From: an uncultured Christensenellaceae bacterium
GTDB taxonomy: Bacteria > Bacillota > Clostridia > Christensenellales > CAG-1252
NCBI GenBank assembly: GCA_964561145.1
Contig: CAZLNZ010000005.1
Location: 3,449-67,448, forward strand
Direction: 5' to 3'
Length of the DNA: 64,000 nucleotides
The translations under genes and the position numbers were made by a program. Of this stretch, positions 1 to 14,700 are shown one piece after another. Each line of letters begins with the position of its first letter. The first letter of the stretch is position 1. The notes beneath the pieces are model-generated. The model was given only the letters and a program-made list of their open reading frames with translations, did no database searches and was not told the origin of the DNA.

Positions 1-3000
1 TATTCGGGTGTAAAATATAGTGCGATCAATCATTTGTACTATTTTACACCGCAATATTGTAAAAAAGACGGATATGTTTATGCAGGCTTTACTATGTCCA
101 ATTTGTCAAGCCATGCAGGGTATGCTGCGTATAACAATACGCCTACTACCTCTTTCTCGGGAACCAATACCTTGGGCAATATTAACGTAAGAGGTTTGTC
201 GGCAGGTGGTACGGCGACATTAACACTTACTTGGAAGGGCATAAAATATGCTATCTCTTACCAAGCAAATGGCGGAACAGGTTCAACCTCGGGAACTAGC
301 GGAACCTTTTCGGGAAATAATGTAACCGTTGCCGTAAACGGATATACACGTGACGGTTACTATTTTAACGGGTGGAATACCGAGGCAAGCGGAAGCGGTA
401 CAAGCATTGCTAGTGGTGGTCAGTTTGCAGCTGCTACCCTTGCGAAAATACTGAGCGACGGTGCCAATATCAATAGTTGTAATACAGGGGATCAACCTAC
501 GGTGTATGTCAACCTATATGCACAATGGGAACCCTATACTTACAAGATATCCTACGATCTTAACAGAAAATCAAATATGTCGGGAACAATTTTGTACAAT
601 GGTGGTACAAATGCTCCTGCCGAACAGATATTTACCTATGGTAGTGCAGGAACTCTACAAGGTGCACCCGCTGTTACCGGATGGATATTCGGTGGCTGGA
701 ATACCAAAGCTGACGGAACCGGTACTAACTATGCTGCAGGAAGCAGTCAGACAAATATAAACAACGGTTTTACCGATGATAAAACTGCCGGGTTTGTTAA
801 TAGAAAGCCTAATGACCGTGTATTATATGCAAAGTGGACGGCTATAACATATACGGTAACTTTTTCGCTGAATAAGCCGTCAAATATGTCCTCTACCGTT
901 TACTATGATGGTACTGCAAATAAAACTCCGAATTCCATGGAGTGTAAGTATGATACAGAATACTCTATGCCTGCAGCGGCAAGCGCTACAGGTTGGACTT
1001 TTGGCGGTTGGGGATCTTATTCTGCAGGAGCTACCTTTAAAAACTTGACTGCTACTAACGGTGAATCTAAGACACTCTCAGCTCAATGGACTGCAAATAC
1101 CTATAAGATTTCCTATACCTTGAATGGCGGCTCGTCCTCCACTTCACCTAATTCTGCGACCTATGACAATTTGGTGACCATAGGTAATCCTACAAGAAAG
1201 GGTTATCGATTCGATGGTTGGACCTATTCGGGCGGTAATACCTCAACGGCAAAATACGGAAGTTCTACCTATTCCGGTGCAACATCGTGGAGTAATGCAT
1301 CGACAAAGGTTACTTCTACCGGGTTCTGGAACTTGACTGCAAGTAAGGATTCCACCGTCACTTTGACTGCTAATTGGACTCCGGTTACCTATTACGTTGT
1401 ATTTGACAACAACGATCCTTCTTGGGGTGGATGGGCAAGCAAGGCAGATCCCGAGAAATTGACTTGTAAATACGACGAAACTATGAATTGGCCCTCGGCA
1501 CTTACCTGCGAAGGTTGGACCTTTAAGGACTGGGGCGGATATACCCCCGGTAACGAGTTTAAGAATTTGACGGATGTGGATCAAAAAACAATTACCATTA
1601 AGGCAAATTGGACCGTTAATACTTATAACATAAAAATCGAAACCAATGGCGGAACCAAGAGCGGTGGCGACGGTAAGACTCAACATAACGGCATAAGCTA
1701 TGACTCTGTTCAAAGAATTTACTACCTAAACGGCAGTAATGTTAATAAGGCAGGTTATGTATATGCCGGCTTTACCACATCCACTTTATCTTCTCACGCC
1801 TTGTATGCTGTTTATGACAGCACACCTTCCGAATCTCTTTCGGGAACCATCACTGCCTCCGATATCAATGTTAAGGGCTTGGCTTCAACCGGAACCGTAA
1901 CGTTAACCTGTCAATGGAACGGAATCAACTTTACCTTCGTATATCACGGTAACGGCTCGACAGGGGGTACTACCGCAAGCTCTAAAGAAATGACCTTTAG
2001 CGGTAGCGGTGTACAGCTTGCAAATAACGGATTTACTAAACCGGGCTATAAGTTTGTCGGTTGGACAACTTCTTCTGACGGTAGCGGCGATTCCATTTCA
2101 AGCGGCGGAACATATAAGGCGGACGTACTAGCTGCACGACTTTCTTCTTTAAATAGTGACTGGGCAACAGGGGCAAAACCCTCTGTTACCATAAATCTTT
2201 ATGCACAGTGGGCACCAATTACCTATAGCGTTATCTATAACGACAATAAGCCCTCTAACATGTCATCGACTATTTCAACCCTACCCCAAACCCTCAATTG
2301 TAATTACAATAGTCAATACAGTATCGGAGAAAATGCCTCGGCTGTAGGTTGGAGCTTCTTGGGTTGGAATACAAAAGCCGACGGCTCGGGTACCTCTTAT
2401 AAATCAGGGGATACCTTTAGTAACCTTACTACAACAGACGGTGCTAAGATTAACCTTTATGCGATTTGGTCGGCAAACACATATTCTATCGCTTACAACT
2501 TGGATGGCGGCTCTTATGGTAGCAAGCATCCGACAAGTGCTACGTATGACACCTTGGTTACAATCAATAAACCGACAAAAACAGGATATGTATTCGCCGG
2601 ATGGACTTATTCGAACGGTAGCTCTACTGCAAGGTATGGTTCGGACGTTTACTCCAATACAACAGCTTGGTCTAGCGGCTCAACAAAGGTGAATAATGAG
2701 CAATTATGGAACTTAAGGAGTGAATCGGGCACGATTACCCTATCTGCAAATTGGACACCTATTACCTACAAACTGGTGTACGACAACAATAAGGCTAATT
2801 CTCCCTCGATGTCGGGTACTCCCTCTAACGTTCCCGCCGATCAAAGCTGTACTTATGACAAAACAGATAAAATCGGTAACGGAATCACTGTTAGCGGTTG
2901 GAACTTCTTGGGTTGGAATACAAAGGCTGACGGCTCGGGTACTAATTATACCCCCGGTGCCGATTTCAAAAATTTAACTAGCACTAACGGAGCAACCATT

Positions 3001-5770
3001 ACGCTATATGCAAGATGGTCTCAAAATACCTATAAGATTTCCTATGACTTGGGCGTAGCTTCGGGTGAGGTTCAAGGAACACTTGGAAACTATAGTCCCA
3101 CAACGGCAACCTACGATAGCTTATTGACAATCGATAACCCCTCAAGGGTTGGTTACGTATTCTTGGGTTGGACCTTTAACGGGAATACAACATTGGCAAA
3201 ATATGGTTCTCAAACCTATTCCTCTAGCAGCAGTTGGAGCTCTAATTCTCTAATGGTTGATAGCAAATATTTCTGGAACTTAACTTCTACCAATGGTGAA
3301 ACGGTCACCCTAACCGCAAATTGGAGGGTGTACAATTATAATATTAAGTACGTGCTTTCGGGCGGTGAACTTGGCGAAAATGCTCCGACAAAGGTTGATT
3401 TTGACAAAGTAGCTATTATTGATATTCCGGAAAGAGAGGGCTATACCTTTGTCGGTTGGACTTGGTCCGGCGGCGATTCCTCTACCGCTATGAGATATAC
3501 AGATTCTTGGGAATCTTGGGCGGCAACAACAAAGTCGACATCTACTCAATATAAGAATTTATCGGGTCAAGACGGAGCAACCGTAACATTGACGGCAAGT
3601 TGGGTATTCTATTACACTGTAAGATATGACGCAAATGCAAGCAACGGTACAACAGAAGTTAACGGTACCCTTCCCGATTCGATCAAGATAACCGACGGTG
3701 AAAACTATACCATCGGCGGTACTCTTTCAAGAGTCGGCTATGAGTTTATGGGTTGGAGCGATAATCCCTCTTATCTTTCTCAAGGAGAAAGCTTTGTTTT
3801 CGACGGAAAATCTAATTTCCAAGCGTCAACCACTTATAGCACAACAATGTATTATGCCGATCCCGGTTACGAAATAACCCTGTATGCTGTATGGAAGGTT
3901 TCCAACTACAGCATTGTTTACGATCTCAATGATATTTCAATATCTCAAAATCCTCAAAAGGGTAACAATGCACCGACTTCTGCTGTATTCGATGAAAGTG
4001 TGCGTATCGATAATCCTACAATGAGGGGTTATACCTTTGTCGGTTGGACTTTTGACGGTGACGTTAACATAGCTAGATATGCCGACAGCTACAGTACGAA
4101 GTATGCCGATGCTACTTCTTGGAACAATGCAAGTTCGTCTGTTTTGTCGAATAGTTACCTTTGTTTCTTCAACCTTACCGGAGTAAACAACGGAACCGTT
4201 ACCCTAAAAGCTAACTGGAAGGCTAACACCTATACCGTTACTTTCGACAACTCTATGCCCTATAATATGACTTCCGATATAGTAATATCGAAAGAAATAA
4301 CGGCTACCTTCGATGAGCTTGTAACTATTCCAAATGCACAAGCTACAGGTTGGGACTTTACCGGTTGGGTAGGCGGATACTATGATTACGGCTACGACAG
4401 AGACTATATATCAATCGATACTGCTCGTTACGGAAATCAAGCTTATGCTCAAGCGTCCTCTTGGAATATAGGCTCGACAAAGGTTACAAGTAGCTACTTC
4501 TGGAACCTCGGTGACGGTGAAGACGAATACTCTGACGTTACCTTAGTTGCCACATGGAAAGCTAGAACTTATAACATTTCCTACACGCTAAACGGTGGTA
4601 GTTACGGTGATTTGCACCCTGCAACGGGAACCTATGATACCTTCGTTGAAATCGATGCCCCTGTAAGAACAGGTTATAACTTTATCGGTTGGGCATTGGT
4701 CAATGGTGATACCGACACTGCAAAGTATGCTTCTTCCAACCTTAGCACCAATGATCTTAAAGCGTTGGCAGCATGGAGTCAAGGCACTACCGGTGGCGGA
4801 AGCTATAATAATACTCGCAGTGCAAGAGCCTCTACTACAGGTGGCAATTGGCAAGAGGCTGAGGAAAATCGCTTCTTCTGGAACTTGACTTCATATAGCG
4901 GAGGAAACGTAACCTTGGTTGCAACATGGGAAGCTAGAACATATAGCGTATGTTTTGACGGTAACGATATTTCTTGGTCGCAAGATCCCTCCTCTGTTCC
5001 TAATGCAATAAGTGCTACCTATGACGAGGCATTTACGATGCCCTCTGCAATTAGCTTGAAAGGCTATTCCTTTGGCGGTTGGAATACCGAAGAGGATGCT
5101 AGCGGTACTCTATATGCCGCAGGAAGCAGTCAGGTTAACCTGATAGTCAATCCCGAAAAGGACGGATCTTCTTCCGTTACCCTTTATGCAAAGTGGACAC
5201 ATATAAGCTATAACATCTCCTATAGCCTTAACGGCGGCACCCTTTTAGATGCCCCCGCTTCCGCTTATTTTGATGAGCTTGTTACTATCAATAATCCTAC
5301 TCGTGTGGGTTATAATTTTATCGGATGGACATATTCTAACGGTGACTCTAGTACTGCCTTATACAATTACGAGCCTTCAACCGACGCTGTTTCTTGGTCG
5401 GATAATGAGGCTACGGTCAACGATATCTATTTCTATAACTTGAGATCGACTCAAGGTAGTGTTACAATGACGGCAGTATGGGAGGCAAGAACCTATTCCG
5501 TAGTATTCGAGCCATCTCACCCCGAAATTTCCCTCGATGACGTATCTGCAACCTATACCTTCGATTCCACTTCTATAGGGGATAACACTCCTTATAACTT
5601 AGGTTTTGCCAATGCAAATCAAGTCAAAGAGGGCTATGTATTCTATGGTTGGACTAAGTCTAAGGGAACTCTTGATAGGGATTACACTTATAACAGCGGA
5701 AGTACAAATATAGTTTCAGATCCCGAGGCGGACGGAAGCTCTTCCGTTACCTTGTACGGTATTTGGTACT
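1..5770 (+). repeat. Tandem array of Listeria-Bacteroides repeat (Flg_new / InlB B-repeat type) domains inside the giant CDS
   Basis: Units of ~75-100 aa carry the family signature Y-x-[IV]-x-[YF]-x-x-N-G-G ... G-[YW]-x-F-x-G-W-[NT] ... DGSG[TD] ... [LV]-Y-A-x-W. Examples are YAISYQANGGTG...GYYFNGWNTEASGSGTS...LYAQW (nt ~250-530) and YSVIYNDNKPSNMSS...GWSFLGWNTKADGSGTSY...LYAIW (nt ~2225-2475). A second subtype adds an extension after the GW motif: ...GWTYSGGNTSTAKYGS...FWNLTAS...VTLTANW. Confidence 0.8.
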
Positions 5771-8700
5771 ACACCATCAACAGATACTATAGCAACACCT
5801 CGAGCGACGCCCTGCTTGTTCGTCAAAACGATACCGGCGTATTTAATACGGATTCCTTATCTAGCCCCATCGGTATCTATTCAGGTTTTATCTTTGCAGG
5901 CTACGGCAACAAGTGGTATAGTTATTATTCCGTAGATCACGTGCTATACGAGGTAGGCTCTACAGACTTAAGATTGGATTCACTTGACGATTTCACAAAG
6001 CATTCTTCCGATGTAGGCGGTGTAATTGTTGATATGTACGGACAATACTATCGTCAATCGAACACTCAAAACGGCAGTGTTCTCTACTATGGCTATGATC
6101 CGTCCGTAAACGGCACCGCTATGGATAGAGGTACAAGCGGTAATTCGGCGATTCCATCGGATTCTAGTTCTTATGCATCAAATGCAAAATGGAGCGTATC
6201 TTTGGATAAGAATGCTCAAGGTAGCTTCGTCTATGATTCGACATATGGTTGGGGCTTAACCTCTTACGGTTCGAGTAGCACGGCGGTATATTGGCTTACC
6301 GTGGAGTTTGACGAAGATATCATCAATGCTATTAATAACGGAGTCGGTGTAAGCGTATTCTTCTCCGCCTCGGCACTCTTCCAAACAGGAGATAAGTATG
6401 CGATTGCAATGAACTGGATCGGTCATAGCGGAAACGGTCAAATCGATCCGAGTTATCTCGATGTTTCCAATGCCTCCTTTACTTCAACGGCAGGCTTTGT
6501 TGCTTATAGCTCTTTTGCGACTGGTAACGGCAACAGTCTAACTACATCGATCGGAAGCAGCTCCTATAACGGTTCTTACAAGGTTCCCGGAGGCGCTACC
6601 GGTGTAAGATTGTTATTCTACGTTCAAGGAAACGGAGAATTGACCGGCGGATTTAAGAATATCACCTTTAAGACATTCTACAATAACGATCAAAGCGCAC
6701 GTTACGGTGTTGCAAGTCTTGTTGGTAACAAGGTAACGTATGTGGGCGAAAAGACCTCTTTCGATTCCTCCTATGCAGGTTATACCGATAAGACTTATCA
6801 AACACCCGATACTTTGAAAACTCCCTTTACAACTACTGCTTACACAAATCCGGGCTATAAGTTTATGGGTTGGTATCTGTCCTACACCCCTGTTACTTCG
6901 GGTGCGATCTCTTTCGGTACCTTGGTTTCAGATGAGGAGGTATTACCTTCAACTTATACATATTCGGAGGGTTACAGAAACAACAGATACTTCTATGCGG
7001 TTTATGAGCCGTATAATTATAACGTAACAATCAAATTACCCACAGATGCAACTGCTTTCGGCAGCTATTCCGTTTATAAGTACAATGTGGATAACACAAC
7101 CAATCCTACATTTATCGGTACTATAGATCAAAATAGCAAGAGCTTAACCTTTGCAGCTTACGTCGGTGAAATTTATTATATCAATTCTTCTTCACAGCTA
7201 GCTAAAGTCGGTTATCTCCCGATTGGCTGGAGAAGTTCTGTTTCAGGCGGTTTCTGGGGTTTATCCGATAACTCTGCCAATGCGGTTATCGGAAAGGATA
7301 TTCAATCGAGCAGTATAAGGGTTTCCTCTTATAGCGATTATGAGTGCGGCGCTCCCGGGTCAAGCACGCTTCCCGCAACAGTATCCTTTAAGTCACTTTC
7401 TTGTGTTCAGGGGGACAGCGTGAGCTTAACCGCCGTATGGGCACCTATTGTTTACTCTGTAACCTTTAACGGCAACAGACCTACTACAGCAGGAAATCAA
7501 TCCCACTATAACTCTGCAACCGATCAAGGAGCTTCAACGAGTGTTCAAGGCGAAACACCTAAAGCATACTTTGCCTATGACAATTTAGGAGGAATAAGCT
7601 ATCCCGATACCGATGTGAACGGAAGAGAAATCTCCCTCTCCCTTCCCGAGGTAGGCTTTACCTTGACAGGTTACACCGCTTTGGGTTGGTCGACTTCTCA
7701 AACACCTTATGCCGTATCCTCCTTGGGTGGCGGTTCTGGTACGACTTATCGGGTTGGCGGAGAGTTCAAGAATAAGAGTGCTACAAACGGAGCCAATATC
7801 AATCTGTATTCCGTTTGGAGTGCTAACTATTATAAACTATCATTCCGTGAATACGTTGGCTCGGGTAAGTGGTCTACAAGTGTGACATATTCGTTGTACA
7901 TAACCTTCGACTCCTCCAGTGTATTCTCTTCTGCAACAACTCCTTCAACTCTACCTATTAATGAGTCCTTTATCGGTTATCAATGGGCAGGCTGGGGCGT
8001 TGAAAAAGATGTTCAACTCTTCACAACGGGAGGAACTCTAAACAGGAGCGTTTCAGGTTATACAAATGCACAAGGCTATTGGACTAATCCCTCTAACGTG
8101 ACCTTGTACTCGTTGTTTAACTATTACATAAACTACTACGGCACTCCCGGTAATCCTAACGGAAGCTACATAAGAAAGAGTTATTACGCAGGTGTCGATA
8201 ATGTTTATGCAGAAAGCGAAGGAGAATCCTTTACCCTCGATCGTTCCACACTTTTAGGTTGGTCGGGCTCAGAGTATAGCATGAATGTTGTCTACGGAGC
8301 AGGTAGTCCCCATACTTATAACGTGATTAGCGAGTCCGCAGGCTCCGATAAGAATACCAATTCACTGTATGCTGTTTACCGTGGAAGCGGTCCTATTAAT
8401 TATGTAAATTCAATCAATCCCGAAAACGGTGTAAGGGTTGACCTAGACAATAAAGGCAACGCTAACGGCTCCTCTCCTTGTATTAGCGAGGGTAGTCTTG
8501 CAGAGGCACCCACAACGTCGGGAAGTTATGTATTGTCAGGCTCCAATTACCTAAGTAAATGGGGTGTATACTTCGATGAGGCAAGCTCCTCCAATATCTA
8601 TAAGGGAAATGCCGGTAGCGACATACCTTCAAATGCAATCGGTATCGATACCGATTCCACAACCCTCTCGGGCGTTCGTTATGGCTTAATTTGGTTGGAT

Positions 8701-11700
8701 ATGACAGTAAATGACAGCTTGGCTTCGATACTTAAAACAGGCTGTACTTTAAGCTTCTCGGCACATACCGGCGGATCTTCTTCTGCTACCTTCTATCCCT
8801 TCATCTCAATTGGATGGTATGGCGATGGCTCGATGTACCACTTCTCATCCGGAATCTCTTCAAGAACCGATGACCAGAGTCCTGCTGCCAAAGACACCAA
8901 CACAGAGGTCTACTTAACCGTTCCCTCCTCGGATGTCAAGTATCACACCTTGAGAGTAGGCGTTGCGGTTGTTTGGAACAAGGCTCAGGTCGGAGATCTC
9001 GTCAATGAGTTCGATAACTGGATCAGCAATCCTAAGATAAGCATCACCAATTACTTTAACGGCTCGGGTACCGAGGCTGATCCCTATATACTTGCCACCA
9101 AGGGTGAACTTCTCTTCTTGGATAGACTTATCGATACAATGGGTAATACCTTTAGCGGTACCTATTTCAGTCTTGTTAACGATATTTCTCTCGATAATAA
9201 CTTTAGCATTGCACAAACCAATTCCTTCCAAGGAATATTGAACGGTAACGGACATGTTATTACTTTAAACTATTCCGAGGGTTCAACTGCCGATAACGTC
9301 GGCTTCTTCGGTAAGGCATCGGGTACGATCAAGAACTTAACCGTTAAGGGAACCTCTGTAGGCAATAACAATGTCGGCGGTATTGTAGGATATGCTACCG
9401 GAGACTTAACTTTAATCAATTGTACCAACGTCACAACGGTAACCGGTGTTAATAATGTCGGTGGTCTTGTGGGACACGCAAGCGGTAGCTTGAATATTTT
9501 CAGCTCTCATAATGAAGGGGTAATAACTGCTTCGACGTCTCAAGAAAATACCGCTGTCGGTGGTTTGGTAGGCTTAATCGGTGGCGATACCAACATTTAT
9601 TACAGCTATAACACCGCCTCTGTTACTAATACCGAAAAGGGAAGAGTCGGTGGTTTGGTCGGATTCTTAAGCGGCGGAAATGCTAATATCAAGTATTGCT
9701 ACAATACCGCAAAATACATAACCGCCAAAACCTCTTATGCAGGCGGCTTCATCGGTTACACTGCAGCTAATACTACAATCGCTTACGGTAGCGTAATCGA
9801 TACAACAGTTAGAGCCGGGAACCTCGGTGACGGAACTACATTTGCCGCAGGTTTTGTAGGATACTCTTCGACCTCCCTTAACATATGCTATAGCTATGTT
9901 GCTAATCTTGTAGTTGAAACGGGAGATGCAAAGGCTAACTATATTGTAGGCGGCGGTAACGCCATGGTTACAAATACCTATAGATACGAAAGCTTGCTTT
10001 CCGCAGAGGGCGGTAGCGGTTATGACGGAATAGCTGTTGAAAAGCTGATTCCTCAAACATTGAATCAAAGTGTTGAGGGTGTTGACCTTAACGGAACAGG
10101 TGAGGGTAGCATTACCGGTTGGATTTATAATCCAGGATATTATCCTTTACAGGCTTGTTTCGCTGTTCGTAATTACTCCAATAACTCAATGTATGCACCC
10201 GATCAGGGCAACAACTTCTTAACTTCCGAAGTTGGCTCCTCTGACGAGGTATTGCATTTGGGTGATACCTATAATACAAATATTAACGAGTCGGGTGGAT
10301 ATTATTCCGAAGGTTCGGGAGAACATAAGACAACCTACTCTGCAAGCTCCAAGTACTATTATGCCTACGTGAACAATCGTTCCGATATGCTCTTCTTAGC
10401 AGCCTATATTGCTGCAGGCGGTAGTCAATATACCGACGGTAAGTACTTCACTCAAACGGCTCATGTCACGACAATGACGGCAAGAGGTGTAGATGCTACT
10501 TATAATACCTTCTTCCTTGCTCTTTATGATTCCTTGACTAACCCCTACTGGGGCGGTGAAAGCTACGATTCGATGCTTTCGATCGGCGGAAACGGAGAAG
10601 ATAATTACTTTGCCGGCGTTTATGACGGCGGTTCCCATTACATCGACTATGTTTACTATAACTCCGACTCCTCTTATATCGGAGTATTTGGTTATGTAAA
10701 GACCTTGAATAACAGTGCAAGCGTATCTAATTTGATAGTTTTAGAGCATTCCGCCTTTGTCGGAAAAGATAATGTCGGCACTATTATCGGTAAGGCAGAA
10801 GGATCTTATTCAAATAATGTTCTTTTGACTTCTGTTGCATATCAAGCACTAGAGGTAGGCGAGATTAAGGGCGGTTCCAATGTCGGAGGATTGGTAGGTT
10901 ACGGTGTTCATCTCTATATCGATAACTCGGTTCCCGTAAGCTATGTTGCTAACAATTCAACCTATACCTATACCTTCTCTGTTTTAGGAAGCAGAACCAA
11001 AAATACGATTTTGGCAACAGGAAGTTGTGTCGGTGGTTTAGTCGGTTCCTTGGAAAACGGAGAAATTACCCTATTAAACAACAACTCAACGGACTATGCT
11101 TCTGTTAAGGACCTTTGGATAAAGGGTAGCTCTAACGTAGGCGGTGCAATCGGTAAGTTTACAGGTAGTATCGCAAGTATTACAAATATTCAACTTTATA
11201 ACATTGAAATAGATGCTACAAATTCGACAACCGCTAATGTCGGCGGTATTGTCGGATATAACAACGGTGTCGTAAATAACTTGATGGGCGGATTAACCTA
11301 CTGTTCTGTATATTCCTCCGGTGGCGGTTCCAATGTCGGCGGTTTCTTCGGATACAATACTACAGGCTTTAAGCTTAGCTCTGCTTGTAATGCAATCGTC
11401 GGATCTAAGACTGTTAGCGGAACACCCTCTATAGTCAAATCTTATTATACTTCTAACAACGTCGGCGGTATTGTAGGTAAGCAATTCTCCGGTGACGTTA
11501 TTGAAATCGATTCCGCAAAGAATGCCTTCGGTGACGGTCATGTTATTGTTACCTATAAGGTATACGGCGGTAATTACGTTGGCGGTATTGTCGGATATCT
11601 GTCTTACAGTGCCTCCGGGAAAGCGGGTATTACCCTTGGTCAGTGGATAAAGGTTAAGGGAGTATCGGGCGGTAGCTATATCGGTGCTTTAGCAGGTTAC

Positions 11701-14700
11701 TCTAACGGAGTAATCAAGGCAAGATCTACCGAAAAACTAGAGGTCATCTCTGACGATTTAACCTCATCGAACGGATATATCGGCGGTCTTGTCGGATTCA
11801 TGGACGGTGGTGCTTTGAAGTACCTCAAGAATACTTCCGTTGTATATGCAACCGGTGGCAGTGTTGTTGGTGGTCTTGTAGGTTATATGGCAGACGGTTC
11901 TGTTCAAAACTGTCAGCAAGATGCTAATGTCGGCAAATCCAATCAAAGAGTAGCTTATACGGGCGGTTTAGTCGGTGTTATGGTTGGCGGTACACTCGGT
12001 CAAGATCTGACAAATACCCATTCAACCGTGTATGGTACCGATTATGTTGGCGGCTTTGTCGGCTTATCCTTAGCAGGCACTGACGATCAATCTCGTGTAA
12101 ATAATATGAACATCGGTTCAAGCTCCCATAGCTCCGGTAACTATATAGGCGGTATTTATGGTGCTTATGTCAGAAGCTCTTCCTATACCCTTTCCCAATC
12201 ACTTACAAATAGTAAGGACGTTTACGGACAAAGTTATGTCGGTGGTATCGCAGGTGCCTTTATTTCTAACGGTGGTCTTCTTACTATAGATACTACACTT
12301 ATTAACCATGGCGAGATTATCGGTGATAATATCATCGGTGGTATTGCGGGAATTATTTCTTCAACCGATAATAATTCTTATGTAACTGCATTGGGAACCT
12401 ATATAAATAACGGAAATATCGGTGCTAACGGTACAAGTTATGTCGGCGGAATTTTCGGCATGGTATCTTCATACTCCGTTATAGGTTCTTCTTCTCAATC
12501 TGTTGTTACGACTTTGACAAACAACGGACAAGTTCTTTCAAGAAGTTATTCGGGTGGCGTGATCGGTGTACTTCAAGGTAAATTAACAGGCGTCACCGCT
12601 CAAGACGGATACGCTTTCGGAAATACTAAGCTTATCAATAAGGGTAACCTACAAGCTACCTCTTCGATCAATGCATATATAGGCGGTGTGATCGGTTCTA
12701 TGACCACCGCTATCGATTCGACTGTAGTCACCTTCGGTGATTTATCGGTAACAGGTGCCGAGGGTAATCAAAATCAATCTATCGTTGGTGTAATCCTATA
12801 TAATGACGGAGCGATTACAGCTCCTAACGCAGGTATAGTCGGTGGTATAATCGGCTGTATAGATAGTATCGGCTCAGGTGAGTTCTCCTCTAACTCTCTT
12901 GTCAATATAGGCACAATCAGGGGCAGCGATATGACCGGTGGCGTGTTCGGATCGGTTTCTGTCGATTTATCGGAGAAGGCAAATAACTACATTTATCACT
13001 TGGGAACAATTAAGACCAATGCCAAAACTAACGCTTGGGGTGCTTTGGTCGGTAGTACCGACTACGCAATAAGCGGTGGTAGTGATACCTATACTTTGGG
13101 CTTAATAACCATAACGGAGCTGTTGGGTAATAGTGCTTCTCCGTATTCTAGCTTCCAAGACAATAATAACGTAGGCTACGGTAACTTTATTCTACTGGGT
13201 GGAACAAGGGAAAAAGATGCATCAACCTATGTCGGTGGCACAGAGGGTGGCAGCGTACAGTTGGTAGCAGACTTTAAGGAAAGTTTCGCAAATGCTTTAC
13301 TTTCAGGTACCGTCATCGATATCGAATTGATCTTTAACACGACCGAAGGTTATTATTTCGAGCCTGTTGAGTTGCAAAATACCGATGTGTTAGGTAAAGA
13401 GGAAAATATGAAGGTCGCAAACTTTGTAAGTCTCCTTACCGAAACGGATTATGCAACAAGCGTTGCACAAAGCAAGAGCTTTAGCATAAGCGCTAAGGGC
13501 AACGTCAGCCTACGCTTGGCACTTGCGGCTTTCGATGTGGAAAGTTCTTATTCCGGCTACTTTAGCGGAAGTCAACAGGAGATTATGTCCTCTGTCGTTA
13601 GTTCCAATGTAACGGGTACTACAAACGGAAATATTGCATTGATACAAGCTGTAACCTATGGTGGCTACACCTTTGAGAAATTGCCCGATAATATGATTTC
13701 CTCCGGCATTTTAACCACATTTAACGGTTACAATATCGTTACCGTTAATGGTTCCTCTTACATAGATGCTCAGGGCAACGGAGAATATTTCAAGTGTTAC
13801 GGTATTACCTATGATGCCGACGGCAATGCCGACAGCGATGACGATAAGAGAATTTCTCAATCTACAACCAAGCCTATAGAGGCAGGTGTATATACCGTTT
13901 ATGTAAATACGTATTGGCAAGCTAACAACGCTGTCAATCAAGAAAACAAACGTGTAGGCAGAACCTCTACACAGTTTACAGTGAATAAGTCGATAGCTAC
14001 CGGAGTTTATTTCCTTGACAGTAGTTCGGTTTATACCGCTAATCCTCAATACCTACAAATCTCAGGCTCTCAGGGTAGCAACGTAAGTAGCAACGCTTAT
14101 GCAAGCGAGATTACCTTGTTCGCAAGGAATCCATTATCAAACAGCGTTAGTACCGTAGGAAGAAGCGTAGGATTGACTGGCTATCCCGAAAACGGATATA
14201 CCAATGTAGCTTATGTTGACGGATTTCCTGCTCCTCAAGAGGTTACCGCTTACTTGAGCGGAGCTTATGCTAACTTCTATGCGGTTATTATCTACCGTGC
14301 AGTATCGGGTACCAATGTAACCTTGGCAGATATTTACTTCTGGAACGGAAACGAATACGACAGAATTACCGTGAAGACTTCAGAATATGAAGGAAACGTA
14401 GAGGGGAACTTGATTAACGACTGCAACGATATTAAGAGCATTTCTCAAGAAACCCTTTCTTCCTTGAATGTACCCACTAGCGGTAACGGAGGTAGTAGTG
14501 AAATTTCGAGCGTAGGTTATCTAACCATAACTCCTGCTAAGCTAACCGTAAATTATACCTTTAATGACGGTGTCGCCGATGGTGATATTCTTCATAAGGT
14601 CAATTATTCCGATGGTGTCTCCTATAGCGTAACAATGAAAATCAGCGGTGCTTTGGTCGGCTCTGAAAACAGAGATAACACCAATGCCTTCTTGTCGGTT

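Noticed and set aside
34-36. TTG at 34 proposed by the ORF track as the start of the giant gene
   Set aside because: Frame 1 is open from nt 1, and the first 11 codons continue a repeat unit seen again at ~1690-1800. There is no RBS or upstream non-coding sequence in the window. The CDS is simply truncated by the window edge.
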